Shown here: piece by piece, positions 6,704 to 16,820 of the stretch | How the letters are laid out: each line of letters starts with the position of its first letter | How positions within the stretch are numbered: the first letter of the stretch is position 1 | From: Spirochaetia bacterium | GTDB taxonomy: Bacteria; Spirochaetota; Spirochaetia; UBA9216 | Direction: 5' to 3' | Assembly: GCA_963675665.1 (NCBI GenBank) | Contig: OY776510.1 | Location: 1,920,001 to 1,984,000, forward strand | DNA: 64,000 nt | Notes under the pieces: model-generated | Seen by the model: only the letters and a program-made list of their open reading frames with translations | Told to the model about the DNA's origin: nothing | Database searches by the model: none | Program-made: the position numbers and the translations under genes

Positions 6704-9267
6704 TGGGCAGTTATTCCGGAATTACTGCATGTTCATATAATCTTCTCCATGTTCCTGAATTAAGTTTCCGCTACGGAAGCACACCTGAAGCGGAACGTGA
6801 AGCACATCCGGATTCCGATTTTATTCGGAATCTGGAAGCTTCTTTCCGTTCCTTCGATGAAGCGGCCGCATATATTCCAAACCAGGTTTTTATCGGCAAT
6901 ATTGATCCTCTGAACATGCCCGAACGGCCGTGGTCCGGCAGGGATTCCGCCGTTGCCAGGAATTCAGGACCGTACGGAGACATCCTGGATGAGGTTTCCG
7001 CGATTGGTTTGCTGAAATTCTCGGACATGTTTGACCTTGTTCTGCTTGAAAGCGGCTTTGCAGCTTCCGCAAAGAAAAACCTTGAGGGCCTCGGGGTTCT
7101 GAAAGGATCCGATCTGTCGAAATTTGATACGGAAGTTTCGATTGATCAGATAAATGAGGCGATAAATACAAAAGCGCTTCCCCTGTATTACAAGAGAAAA
7201 ATTATCGGCTGTGTTAAGGCAGCTCATCCGGATGATCTCAGCCTCAGGGCCCATGTAATTTTTGAAAACCTTGCGTCTAAAGCCGGAGCGGTATATTCCG
7301 TTCTGAAACTCATTGCGTTAAGCGGAACGGACCCGGCTTCTGTTGATTATATTATTGAGACCTCGGAAGAAGCCTGCGGAGATGCAAACCAGCGCGGCGG
7401 AGGAAACTTTGCAAAAGCGATAGGAGAGCTTTCCGGGCTTAAAAATGCAACAGGCAGCGATACCCGTTCATTCTGTGCGGGCCCTGTCCACGGGATTCTG
7501 CAGGCAGCCTCGCTTGTAAAGGCCGGGACTTTCAGAAAGGTAATTGTGGCGGCAGGCGGTACAACCGCAAAGCTTGCCATGAATTCCAGAAAGCATATTG
7601 AAAAAGGCTTTCCCGTGCTTGAAGACTGTATGGGTGCTTATGCGCTGCTGATTGAAGGCGGAGACTCGCTTTCGGCGGGCAAACGGGGCGGAATAATAAT
7701 CAGAAACGATCTGGCGGGAATCCACCGGATAGGATCAGGCTCCTCGCCTCAGAACGTGATTCAGAGCCTTGTTGCCGACCCTCTGGAAAAGGCCGGAAAG
7801 CGATTTGATGAAATCGGTTATTACGCACCGGAGCTGCATAACCCGGAGATTACCGAAGCCGGAGGGGCAGGCAATGTAACCCTTGCCAACCTGAAGATGG
7901 TGGCAGCCATGGCCGTAATGAAAAAGCAGATTGAACGTTCGGATATCAACGACTTTATAGATGCTCACGGATCGCAGGGATGGGCGCCTACCCAGGGCCA
8001 CATCCCGTCAGGAATTCCCGCCCTGGGGTGGATTATGAAATGGTTTGAATCCGGGCGCATTAATAACGCGATGATTATAGGCAAGGGCAGCCTTTTTCTC
8101 GGAAGAATGACGGGACTGTTCGACGGTGTTTCAATAATACTGGAAAGCGGCCGTGTCGGAGGACCGACTTCTGAAAAGACGCCTGCTCACGCAGTTGCGA
8201 AATCTGTTTCGACCCGAAAGGGCGCCGTAAAAGTCGGGTTGACAATTCCCGGATCTGAATCAGGCGCCGGCGAGCTGCTGCGCGCGGCAGCCGAAGCTGA
8301 AACGGTTATGCCCGGGCTTGACGTGGTAACTTTCGGAGATGAATCTTCGGAACCGGGGAAGGCGCATGGAATGATGGAGAAAGCGCTTGAACAGGGTGAT
8401 GTGGATTCCGTGGTAACATTTCACTATCCGTTTCCTGTAGGAACCGCAACCGTAGGGCACACAAAAGCGCCCGGCAGCGGACGTGATATTTTTATCGCGT
8501 CGACTACCGGAATATCGGACACAAACCGAGTTGTCGCCCTGATTAAAAACGCGGTTGCCGGAATTGCTGCTGCAAAGGCCTGGGGAATAGTCTCTCCTTC
8601 TGTCGGAGTGCTTAACCTCGACGGGGCCCGCGCGGCCCTGCAGGGATTAAAACGCCTGAAGAGCTCCGGTTACGGTATAGAATTGGCCGTGTCGGCCCGG
8701 GGCGATGACCTGCTGCGCGGAAACGACATTCTTGCCGGAACAGCCGATGTAATCGTCTGCGATACTCTCAGCGGTAATGCTTTCATGAAACTTTTAACGG
8801 CATATTCTTCCGGCGGAATGCTTGAAGTCAGCGGATCAGGCTACGGGCCGGGGCTCGGCGCTGAGCTGCCACTTGTGAATATCATTTCGCGGGCAGCCGG
8901 AAGCGCCGCAGTTGTAAACGCGATAATTTATTCGGCACGAATGGCTTTGTCGGGTTTACAAACTGTCTATTCCGAAGAGTATGCATCAGCTTTAAAAGCC
9001 GGTCTTTCCGGGATAATCGAAGAAAACAGGCAACCGGAAACCAACGCGGAATCCGGATCTGAGGAGCCTGAAGCAAAGACTGTGGAACATGAGATTGAAG
9101 GAATTGATGTGCTTCAGCTTGAAGATGCCGTTAAACGACTTAAAGCGGACGGGATCTACTGCGAAGCCGGAATGGGCTGTACCGGACCGGTGGTTATGAT
9201 CGCTGTTGAAGATGTTGAACCGGCAAAGAAAATACTGATAAAGCAAGGGTTTATCGAGGAGGCTTAG
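6703..9267 (+). CDS. grdCD: Fused glycine reductase protein C (GrdC beta + GrdD alpha subunits)
   Basis: GrdC motifs YIPNQVFIGN, SEEACGDANQRGGGNFAKAIGE, DTRSFCAGP, PTQGHIPSG and GKGSLFLGRMT. After a low-complexity linker come GrdD motifs VTFHYPFPVG, RGNDIL.GT.DV, GSGYGPG and C-terminal CEAGMGCTGP. Confidence 0.92.
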   Translation: MGSYSGITACSYNLLHVPELSFRYGSTPEAEREAHPDSDFIRNLEASFRSFDEAAAYIPNQVFIGNIDPLNMPERPWSGRDSAVARNSGPYGDILDEVSAIGLLKFSDMFDLVLLESGFAASAKKNLEGLGVLKGSDLSKFDTEVSIDQINEAINTKALPLYYKRKIIGCVKAAHPDDLSLRAHVIFENLASKAGAVYSVLKLIALSGTDPASVDYIIETSEEACGDANQRGGGNFAKAIGELSGLKNATGSDTRSFCAGPVHGILQAASLVKAGTFRKVIVAAGGTTAKLAMNSRKHIEKGFPVLEDCMGAYALLIEGGDSLSAGKRGGIIIRNDLAGIHRIGSGSSPQNVIQSLVADPLEKAGKRFDEIGYYAPELHNPEITEAGGAGNVTLANLKMVAAMAVMKKQIERSDINDFIDAHGSQGWAPTQGHIPSGIPALGWIMKWFESGRINNAMIIGKGSLFLGRMTGLFDGVSIILESGRVGGPTSEKTPAHAVAKSVSTRKGAVKVGLTIPGSESGAGELLRAAAEAETVMPGLDVVTFGDESSEPGKAHGMMEKALEQGDVDSVVTFHYPFPVGTATVGHTKAPGSGRDIFIASTTGISDTNRVVALIKNAVAGIAAAKAWGIVSPSVGVLNLDGARAALQGLKRLKSSGYGIELAVSARGDDLLRGNDILAGTADVIVCDTLSGNAFMKLLTAYSSGGMLEVSGSGYGPGLGAELPLVNIISRAAGSAAVVNAIIYSARMALSGLQTVYSEEYASALKAGLSGIIEENRQPETNAESGSEEPEAKTVEHEIEGIDVLQLEDAVKRLKADGIYCEAGMGCTGPVVMIAVEDVEPAKKILIKQGFIEEA

Positions 9268-9672
9268 ATGGGGTTAAAAGTCGATCCTGAAAAATGCACC
9301 GAATGCGGAAGATGCACGGCAATATGTTCACTTGTCAAAACCGGAAGGATCCAGCCGCAGGCGGCGCGTATTCATATCGAGCGCCAGTGGCCTGAAATCC
9401 CGGTAATAGCTGTCTGCCGGTTTGAGAATTGTCCTGAACATCCCTGCATAGAGGCTTGTCCTTTTGATGCAATCGAAATAATAAACGGCAATGTACAGAT
9501 TATTGAAGATAAATGCCGGGGCTGTACAAAATGTGTAAAGGTCTGTCCGTTCGGCGCAATACAAATGGATAAGGATTCCAGGATAGCGCTCAAATGTGAT
9601 CTTTGCGGAGGAAGCCCTGCCTGCGTTCCGGAATGTGTGACTGAAGCGCTGACCTATTCGGAGGATGTGTAA
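9268..9672 (+). CDS. 4Fe-4S dicluster electron-transfer protein (AOR-associated)
   Basis: CxxCxxCxxxC, CxxxxCxxxxCxxxCP, CRGCTKCVKVCP and KCDLCGG.PACV..C. Confidence 0.9.
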   Translation: MGLKVDPEKCTECGRCTAICSLVKTGRIQPQAARIHIERQWPEIPVIAVCRFENCPEHPCIEACPFDAIEIINGNVQIIEDKCRGCTKCVKVCPFGAIQMDKDSRIALKCDLCGGSPACVPECVTEALTYSEDV

Positions 9673-11495
9673 TGAGCGGAAGTATGTACGACAGAATGTT
9701 AAGAATAAACTGCTCCGCAGCTGAAGCAAAAATCTGGAATGTTCCGGATAATCTTAAACCCTATGTCGGCGGAATGGGTTACGGAACCAAGCTGCTGATT
9801 GACGAGGTTAACCCGGAGATCGACGGTTTGTCTCCTGAAAACAAGCTGATCCTGACCGTCGGTCCTCTTACGGGAACAACTGCCCCGCTTCATGCGCAGT
9901 CGTGTATTGTGACAAAATCTCCGCTGACCAATACAATTTTGAACTGTTATGCAGGCGGCTTTATCGGCGCCGAGATAAAATACTGCGGAATAGACGGTCT
10001 GATCCTTGAGGGGGCTTTCAGCGACTGGAAGATCCTCGTTGTTGATGATGATCATGTCGGTATTGAATCTGCCGAACCTGTAATGGGTTTTGGAACCGAA
10101 GAAACCGAGGAATGGGTAAAGCAGAAATACGGTAAAGACTACAGGACGATTTCGATCGGCCGGGCCGGAGAGAAACTTGTACGAATGGCGGCGGCTTTTT
10201 CCGAAACCCGGACCTACGGCCGGGGCGGAGCGGGAGCTGTGCTCGGTTCAAAGAGAGTCAAGGCAATTGCGTTCAGGGGAACAAGAGGTGCGGGTCTGTA
10301 TGATACTGATGAATTCAGCAGGCTGGTCGGAGAAAACATGAATCTTATTAAAGATTCATGCGGGCAGGAATTTAATCTTGTAGGAATGTTTTCCCGTTTC
10401 GGCACCGGCGCCGGCATGGGGCTTATCCAGTCAAGGGGTGCACTTGCAACCAGGAATTCACAGTACGGAAGTTTCGATCATTCGGAAGAGATCTCCGGGC
10501 AGACATACGAGAAAGATTTTTATACCCGGTGGGTTTCCTGTTACGGTTGCCCGGTACATTGCGGCAGGGTACACAAGTTTCACACCTTTAACGGCGGAGA
10601 AAGCTGGGCCCGGGGGCCTGAATATGAAACAATGTATTCGCTGGGATCACAGCTGTGCAACGGAAATCCGGATGTTCTTGCCGAAGCGAACCGTCTGACT
10701 GAAGTCTATGGAGTTGATTCGCTTACAATCGGGGTTACGCTTGCATTTGCATTTGAATGCGCTGAGAAGGGTTTGCTGAAAGACGACGAACTGAACCTTG
10801 AATTCGGCGATGCGGCTTCCATTCTGGGACTGATAAAGAAAATAGGCGAACGTGAAGGAATCGGCGATATCCTTGCCGAAGGTCCCGCGCTGGCTGCCAG
10901 ACAGATTGGCGGGGGATCGGAAAAATTCGCAATGCAGGTTAAAAACTCGGGATTTGCAGCGTGGATGCCCCGGCGGATGGTCGGTACCGGTCTGGCTTTC
11001 GCGACATCGAACCGCGGGGCATGTCATAAGCGCGCGCCGATAGGCGCAGAGATTACCGGTCAGGTTGATATGCTGAGTTTTGAAGACAAGGCAATAATTG
11101 TTAAAAAGAACCAGGATGTTGTAAATGCCACTTTTACACTGATAAGCTGTCGATTTCATGAGTTTATGACCCCGCATGAGGTTTATCCCGCTTTTATTCG
11201 GGCAGCTACCGGAATTGATATTGACCTCAAAGGGTTTTACAACCTTGGGGAACGGATATGGAACCTTGAAAAGATCTTCAACCTCCGGTCCGGATTAGGC
11301 CGGGAGGATGATATTCTTCCCGAACGCTGTTTCAGGGATCCTGTTCAGGGCGATAATTCCGAGGGATCTGTACTGGACTATGAAAAATGGCAGAACATGC
11401 TTACCGAATATTACAGTCTCCGCGGCTGGGACTACAACGGCGTGCCAACCGGAGAAAAACTGGAATCACTCGGAATAGGGGGCTACGGGATCTGA
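9672..11495 (+). CDS. aor: Aldehyde:ferredoxin oxidoreductase (W-pterin AOR family)
   Basis: GPLTGT, KSPLT, GRGG.GAVLGSK.VKA, CxxCxxxC, GPEYET, ATSNRGACH and EYY.LRGWD.NG.PT.EKL..LG. Confidence 0.92.
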   Translation: MSGSMYDRMLRINCSAAEAKIWNVPDNLKPYVGGMGYGTKLLIDEVNPEIDGLSPENKLILTVGPLTGTTAPLHAQSCIVTKSPLTNTILNCYAGGFIGAEIKYCGIDGLILEGAFSDWKILVVDDDHVGIESAEPVMGFGTEETEEWVKQKYGKDYRTISIGRAGEKLVRMAAAFSETRTYGRGGAGAVLGSKRVKAIAFRGTRGAGLYDTDEFSRLVGENMNLIKDSCGQEFNLVGMFSRFGTGAGMGLIQSRGALATRNSQYGSFDHSEEISGQTYEKDFYTRWVSCYGCPVHCGRVHKFHTFNGGESWARGPEYETMYSLGSQLCNGNPDVLAEANRLTEVYGVDSLTIGVTLAFAFECAEKGLLKDDELNLEFGDAASILGLIKKIGEREGIGDILAEGPALAARQIGGGSEKFAMQVKNSGFAAWMPRRMVGTGLAFATSNRGACHKRAPIGAEITGQVDMLSFEDKAIIVKKNQDVVNATFTLISCRFHEFMTPHEVYPAFIRAATGIDIDLKGFYNLGERIWNLEKIFNLRSGLGREDDILPERCFRDPVQGDNSEGSVLDYEKWQNMLTEYYSLRGWDYNGVPTGEKLESLGIGGYGI

Positions 11496-11783
11496 GTGAA
11501 GGTTGTTGTTGAGTTTATCGGATATTTCCGGATTAAGGCGGGCTGCGAACTGGTTGAGTTTGAGCTGCCGGACGATGTTTCCGCAGCAGAACTGGTTGAT
11601 GCAATTGAGCAGAAATTTGAACGGCAGAAGCTGAAAATCAGTAAAGAAGGTATTCTTCAGGAGGGCGTTCTTATGTTTTACAGGAAAGAAAACGGCGGAC
11701 TTGAACGGATATTTAATCTGTCGTCCGGTCTGAAGGATGCAGGCGAAAGAATTGTGATAGCTAATCTGATGGGTGGAGGTTGA
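11496..11783 (+). CDS. MoaD/ThiS-like sulfur-carrier (ubiquitin-like) protein
   Basis: 95 aa with C-terminal MGGG, directly after AOR as is typical. Confidence 0.8.
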   Translation: MKVVVEFIGYFRIKAGCELVEFELPDDVSAAELVDAIEQKFERQKLKISKEGILQEGVLMFYRKENGGLERIFNLSSGLKDAGERIVIANLMGGG

Positions 11784-11788
11784 GCTGA

Positions 11789-12637
11789 ATGGAATATTAT
11801 CGTCCGCATACTGTTGAAGAAGCGGTTAACCTGAAAGACGGGAACTCTTTATTTATAGCCGGAGGAACCGACCTCGGTGTAATGCTGGCCGACGCTGTAA
11901 AACAGCCGGGAGCATTGATTGATTTAAGTGCCATCGGCAGCCTCGACGGAATCAGGGAAAGAAAAGACGGGCTGGTTATAGGTCCCTGTACAAAAATTGC
12001 CGATATAGCTTCCTCGGATGTTCTCCCGGCAGCCCTTACCCGTGGCGCCGCAGCAATTGGCTCTCCACAGATCCGAAATATGGCCACAATAGGGGGAAAT
12101 ATCTGCAATGCATCGCCGTGCGGCGATACGCTGACCCCGTTAACGGTGTTTCATGCGGTATTTACGCTTCAGGGAAGGGAAGGCTCCAGGACAATCACTA
12201 CCGGTGATTTTTTCAGGGGACCAAAACAAACCGACCTCAGGGAGACGGAGATTCTGACCGAAATTTTTATTCCGGGAACAGCGCTTGCCGGTCTCAGCGG
12301 GTTCAGGATGACCGGGAAACGTAACGGGCAGGCGATATCACAGGTGAATATGGCACTCAGGCTGACGGTTGAAAACGGTACTGTAACCGGAGCGGTAATA
12401 GCCGCCGGGTCCGTAGCCCCGGTTCCAATCCGGCTTGAAAAATGCGAACAGCTTCTTACTGGGGTAAGAACAGCGGACCTTGTTTTCGGGGCCCCGTTTC
12501 TGAAAGAACTGGCGGCAGAGGCAGAGGCTGAAGTAATGCCGATATCTGATATACGCGCCGGGGAAGATTATCGCAGAAGCGTAAGCGGCTCCATACTTTC
12601 AGAGCTGGTTGCCGGGATAATTGCGGAGGGAGTGTGA
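11789..12637 (+). CDS. xdhB: Xanthine dehydrogenase family FAD-binding subunit
   Basis: IAGGTDL, IGSPQIRNMATIGGNICNASP.GD and PISDIRA..DYRR. Confidence 0.92.
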   Translation: MEYYRPHTVEEAVNLKDGNSLFIAGGTDLGVMLADAVKQPGALIDLSAIGSLDGIRERKDGLVIGPCTKIADIASSDVLPAALTRGAAAIGSPQIRNMATIGGNICNASPCGDTLTPLTVFHAVFTLQGREGSRTITTGDFFRGPKQTDLRETEILTEIFIPGTALAGLSGFRMTGKRNGQAISQVNMALRLTVENGTVTGAVIAAGSVAPVPIRLEKCEQLLTGVRTADLVFGAPFLKELAAEAEAEVMPISDIRAGEDYRRSVSGSILSELVAGIIAEGV

Positions 12638-13116
12638 GCGGTATGGAAATCAACTTTGTCATAAATGGGGAAAAACGGACAGAATATGCAGCAGCCGAGA
12701 CGAGGGCTCTTGATCTGCTTCGCGAAGATCTGAATCTTACCGGCACAAAAGAGGGCTGCGGCAAGGGAGAATGCGGGGCCTGTACAATTCTTCTTGACGG
12801 AAAACCCGTTTGTTCTTGTCTTCTTCCGGCCCCGAAGCTTGAGGGATGCAGTATTGTTACAATTGAAGGACTTAAAGGTGACGACGGAGGTCTTCATCCG
12901 ATACAGCAGGCTTTTCTTGATGCCGGCGCTATTCAGTGCGGATTCTGTACTCCCGGAATGATTTTAAGCGCCAAGGCTCTTCTGGATAATAACCCCGCGC
13001 CTGAGACAGCCGAGATAGAAACGGCATTAAGCGGAAATATCTGTCGTTGCACGGGCTACGGTAAAATTATCGAAGCGGTACAGCTTGCAGCTGAAAGGAT
13101 GCGGGTGGCCAAATGA
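12634..13116 (+). CDS. xdhC: Xanthine dehydrogenase family 2Fe-2S subunit
   Basis: GTKEGCGKGECGACT, QCGFCTPG and GNICRCTGY. Confidence 0.95.
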   Translation: MSGMEINFVINGEKRTEYAAAETRALDLLREDLNLTGTKEGCGKGECGACTILLDGKPVCSCLLPAPKLEGCSIVTIEGLKGDDGGLHPIQQAFLDAGAIQCGFCTPGMILSAKALLDNNPAPETAEIETALSGNICRCTGYGKIIEAVQLAAERMRVAK

Positions 13117-15413
13117 CTGATAAAAACAGCGATATGAATTTAAAGGTAGTCGGCAAACCGGCCGTCAAGGTCGACGGTTTGGAGCTTGTTACCGGAAGGG
13201 CCAAATTTTCAGGTGATATGCGGTTTCCGGGAATGGTTTACGGATACGCGGCCCGCGCGGGGGTTCCTGCGGGGAAGCTTAAATCAGTCGATGTTACCGG
13301 GGCATTGGAGGCAGAGGGTGTGCTGGCTGTTTTGACGGCGGAATCATTGCCGGGGCCCAATCTGATGGGTATTCTTCCGCCGTTTGATCAGCCGGTTCTG
13401 GCCGCTGATGAAATCAGGTATGCAGGAGAAAGCGTGGCTTTTGTAGTTGCACGCACAAAACGTGCGGCAAGGCTGGCTTCAAAGCTTGTAAAAATCGAAA
13501 TCGAAGAGTATGCCCCGGTCCTGACAACCGAAGAAGCGCTGAAAACAGGCGCCAGAAAGATTCATCCCGACGGAAATATTACGTATACACGCAAACTGAT
13601 CAAGGGTGATGTTGAAGCCGGTTTTGCCGATGCTGATCTTGTAGTTGAAAATGATTATGAAACATCTTTCCAGGAGCATGCCTACATTGAACCTGAAAGC
13701 GTATGCGCAGTGCCGTCAGGAGATAACAGGGTTACGGTTTACGCAAGCTGCCAGTCTCCGTATCATCTGCGTTCCCACATAGCGGCGAACATCGGGCTTC
13801 CGCATACGAAGGTCAAGGTTATTCAGGCATATACCGGCGGGTCTTTCGGCGGCAAGGATGATGCTGCTGCCGAGATAGGTATTCTTGCTGCGGCTGCCGC
13901 GGTTAAACTGCAACGACCGGTAATGGTTGCCCATGACAGGGAAGAATCGATAATCGGAACAAACCTGCGGCACGCCATGAAGATACACTATAAAACCGGT
14001 CTGAAAAAGGACGGAACAATTACCGCCCGTAAAGCGGAGCTTGTTCTTGACGGCGGGGCCTATGCTTCGGAAAGCCCTTTTGTTGTAATGAAAGCGCTTA
14101 TCCACGCTGCAGGACCGTACATCATTCCGAATGTGATGATTGAATCCACGGCTGTTTATACCAACAAGACTTATTCGGGCGCATTCAGGGGGTTCGGGGT
14201 TCCACAGGTTACCTTTGCCGGTGAAACGCAGCTGCAGGAAGCCGCCGACAGGTTGGGGCTTGATCCGCTTGATATACGGATGAAAAACGCACTTAAACCG
14301 GGAGAAGCCACGGCTACAAGTCAGGTGCTTAATGAATCGGTGGGAATAAGACAGACCATAGAATGCGTGCAAAAGCGGGCAAATGAAATTTCAGTCGAAA
14401 CATACGAAGACGAACGATATCTTTACGGCACCGGATATGCTTCGATGTTGCAGGGAATATCCAACGGGGCCGAAGGCATTGACGTTGTAGGCGCCTCGGT
14501 GCAGATGAGCCAGGACGGTTCTGTCCTGGTCGGCGCGGGGCTTACCGAACTGGGGCAGGGCGCCCGGACGGTGCTTGCCCAGATTGCGGCCGAAGTCCTC
14601 GGCGTGCCGGTTGAAAGGGTAACGGCCAGGCTGGCAGATACCGATTCGGTTCATGATTCGGGGCCTACTGTAGCCTCGCGTACAACAACAACCGGCGGGA
14701 TGGCTGTATACAAGGCCGCAAACGAGGTTAAAAACAGCCTGCTGCAGATGGCGGCGCTGATGTTCAAGACCGAAGCGGAAAATATTGTGCTGAAAGAGGG
14801 ATTCGCAGTGCTTGTTTTTGACGACTCGGCCAGAATTCCAATCAGCGATGTTGCAACTGCGGCATACTGGACCGGGTTCCCGCTGATGAATATGGCGTTT
14901 TCCCGTGCGCCCGATGCCGAATATGATCATGATACTCACCAGGGACGAATCTATATCGCTTATAACTTCGGGACCCATATGATGAGGATAAGAATTGATA
15001 AATCCACAGGCCGTGTAGAGGTTTTAAACCATGTTGCTTCGCATGATGTCGGCAAAGTCATCAATCCTCTTGGATTGACCGGCCAGGTTGAAGGCGCGTC
15101 GCTGATAGGTTTTGGTCTCGGGCATATGGAAAAGATTGAATATGACGGCGGTATTATCAGGAATCCGAATTTTGCTGATTATGCCGTGCCTACGATAATG
15201 GACAGAATTCCGACTGAAGTAATTGCTGTGGAAGAGGCGACTGTAAACGGGCCTTACGGGGCAAAGGGGGTCGGAGAACCGCCGGTTGCAGGAGCAACTG
15301 CAGCATTTGCTAACGCGGTGGCTGATGCGGTCGGCTGCAGATTCAGAAAGATTCCTGTAACCAGAGAGGATATCCTGGCTGCAATTCGCAGCGCAGAGCG
15401 GCAGGGAGAGTGA
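13113..15413 (+). CDS. xdhA: Xanthine dehydrogenase family molybdopterin-binding subunit
   Basis: QEHAYIEPE, GGSFGGK, AFRGFGVPQ, ELGQG, TVASR, GQVEG and GAKGVGEPP. Confidence 0.93.
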   Translation: MTDKNSDMNLKVVGKPAVKVDGLELVTGRAKFSGDMRFPGMVYGYAARAGVPAGKLKSVDVTGALEAEGVLAVLTAESLPGPNLMGILPPFDQPVLAADEIRYAGESVAFVVARTKRAARLASKLVKIEIEEYAPVLTTEEALKTGARKIHPDGNITYTRKLIKGDVEAGFADADLVVENDYETSFQEHAYIEPESVCAVPSGDNRVTVYASCQSPYHLRSHIAANIGLPHTKVKVIQAYTGGSFGGKDDAAAEIGILAAAAAVKLQRPVMVAHDREESIIGTNLRHAMKIHYKTGLKKDGTITARKAELVLDGGAYASESPFVVMKALIHAAGPYIIPNVMIESTAVYTNKTYSGAFRGFGVPQVTFAGETQLQEAADRLGLDPLDIRMKNALKPGEATATSQVLNESVGIRQTIECVQKRANEISVETYEDERYLYGTGYASMLQGISNGAEGIDVVGASVQMSQDGSVLVGAGLTELGQGARTVLAQIAAEVLGVPVERVTARLADTDSVHDSGPTVASRTTTTGGMAVYKAANEVKNSLLQMAALMFKTEAENIVLKEGFAVLVFDDSARIPISDVATAAYWTGFPLMNMAFSRAPDAEYDHDTHQGRIYIAYNFGTHMMRIRIDKSTGRVEVLNHVASHDVGKVINPLGLTGQVEGASLIGFGLGHMEKIEYDGGIIRNPNFADYAVPTIMDRIPTEVIAVEEATVNGPYGAKGVGEPPVAGATAAFANAVADAVGCRFRKIPVTREDILAAIRSAERQGE

Positions 15414-15431
15414 TCTCCTGAAGGAGCTTTT

Positions 15432-16820
15432 ATGGCTGATATTTTTATAAAGAACGCGCTGGTAATGACCTGTGAGCCGAATGTCATCAGCGGAGAAATT
15501 ATCGACGGCGGCGCTGTCGCAGTCAGGGACGACCGGATCATCGCAGTCGGTAAAACTGCGGATCTTGAACCTGAATACGGCAAATCCGAAAGGGTGATTG
15601 ATGCTGCCGGTAAAATCGTAATGCCCGGGTTTATAATTACCCATACTCATATGCCGTATGTGATGGGACATAACCAGCCGGTTGATTTCAGCCAGCTTCG
15701 CTCTTTTTGGGACATGCTTCAGAAAATGGGATGGGAATGGCTGGAAGATCTTATTACCCGGGAAGGAATCTACGCGGCAACCCGCTATGCAGCGGCAAAG
15801 ATGCTGAAAAGCGGTACGACCACGGTATGCGATCTTGTCGAGGCTCCCAATGACATGGACGGCGCCCTTGAGGCAAGTTCAAAAGCGATAGAAGAAATCG
15901 GAATAAGAGCTAACCTCGGGTACGAAGTAACCGAAAGGGTTCCGGGAGTTTCAATTCTCGAAAAACTGGATCCCGCAATGGCCCGAAAGGGGCTTGAAGA
16001 AAATATCCGGCTGATAGAAAAGTATCCGGCCGACGGCAATTCGCTGATAAAACCCCGCCTCGGAGTGCATACCGCCTATACAAACTCGCCTGAAACCCTG
16101 AAACTCGCCCGTGAAACCGCGGACCGCTACGGCTGCGGCATACAGATTCATATTGCCGAGATACCGAGGGCTTTCCTGGTTGAGAAATACGGAAAATCAG
16201 CACCGATGCTGCTTGAGGAATGCGGTCTTCTTGGCCCTGATGTTGTAGCCGCACATTGTATAGATTTAACCGATGAAGATTTGAACATCCTGGCGCGAAA
16301 CAGAGTGAACGTTGCACATACGCCGATGACCAACTCGCTGGGCGGAAACGGCGTTGCAAGGGTTCCCGATATGTTGCAGAGCGGTATGAACGTCACAATA
16401 GGACATGATTGTTTCTTTACTCTCGATACGTCGGAGTATATCCGTTATACATACCTTATTCATAAGGCCCATAATGCAAACCCGGCCCTGATGCCTCCTT
16501 TCATGCCGCTTGATTTTGCTTTGGGTAATGCTGCAAAAGCGTTAGGAATGGAAAAAACAATCGGCAGTATAACCGGAGGTAAAAAAGCGGATCTGCTGAT
16601 AATCAAACCCGATTGCCCGACCCCGCTGACTCCTGCGTCTGTTATGTCGTTTTTTACAATGACTTTTCTCGGCAAGGATGTCGAGACAGTGCTTGTCGAC
16701 GGCAGAATTGTAGTAGACGATAAAAAACTTGCCACAGGGGACGAAGATGCAATAATGGCCGAATGCGTAAGGCAAAGCACCGATCTCTGGGAACGGTGCA
16801 GCAGAAAGGGAGGTAATTGA
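15432..16820 (+). CDS. Metal-dependent amidohydrolase (SsnA/MTA-SAH deaminase-like)
   Basis: MPGFI.THTH (HxH), HTAYT, HIAE, AHC, HTP.TN, GHD and G.I..GKKADL. Confidence 0.88.
   Translation: MADIFIKNALVMTCEPNVISGEIIDGGAVAVRDDRIIAVGKTADLEPEYGKSERVIDAAGKIVMPGFIITHTHMPYVMGHNQPVDFSQLRSFWDMLQKMGWEWLEDLITREGIYAATRYAAAKMLKSGTTTVCDLVEAPNDMDGALEASSKAIEEIGIRANLGYEVTERVPGVSILEKLDPAMARKGLEENIRLIEKYPADGNSLIKPRLGVHTAYTNSPETLKLARETADRYGCGIQIHIAEIPRAFLVEKYGKSAPMLLEECGLLGPDVVAAHCIDLTDEDLNILARNRVNVAHTPMTNSLGGNGVARVPDMLQSGMNVTIGHDCFFTLDTSEYIRYTYLIHKAHNANPALMPPFMPLDFALGNAAKALGMEKTIGSITGGKKADLLIIKPDCPTPLTPASVMSFFTMTFLGKDVETVLVDGRIVVDDKKLATGDEDAIMAECVRQSTDLWERCSRKGGN

Noticed and set aside
11493-11498. TGA directly followed in frame by the MoaD-like GTG: possible Sec read-through AOR-MoaD fusion
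   Set aside because: AOR is complete at its normal C-terminus and there is no redox motif or clear SECIS. Stop-start abutment also occurs with TAG at 9267, 25717 and 53852.
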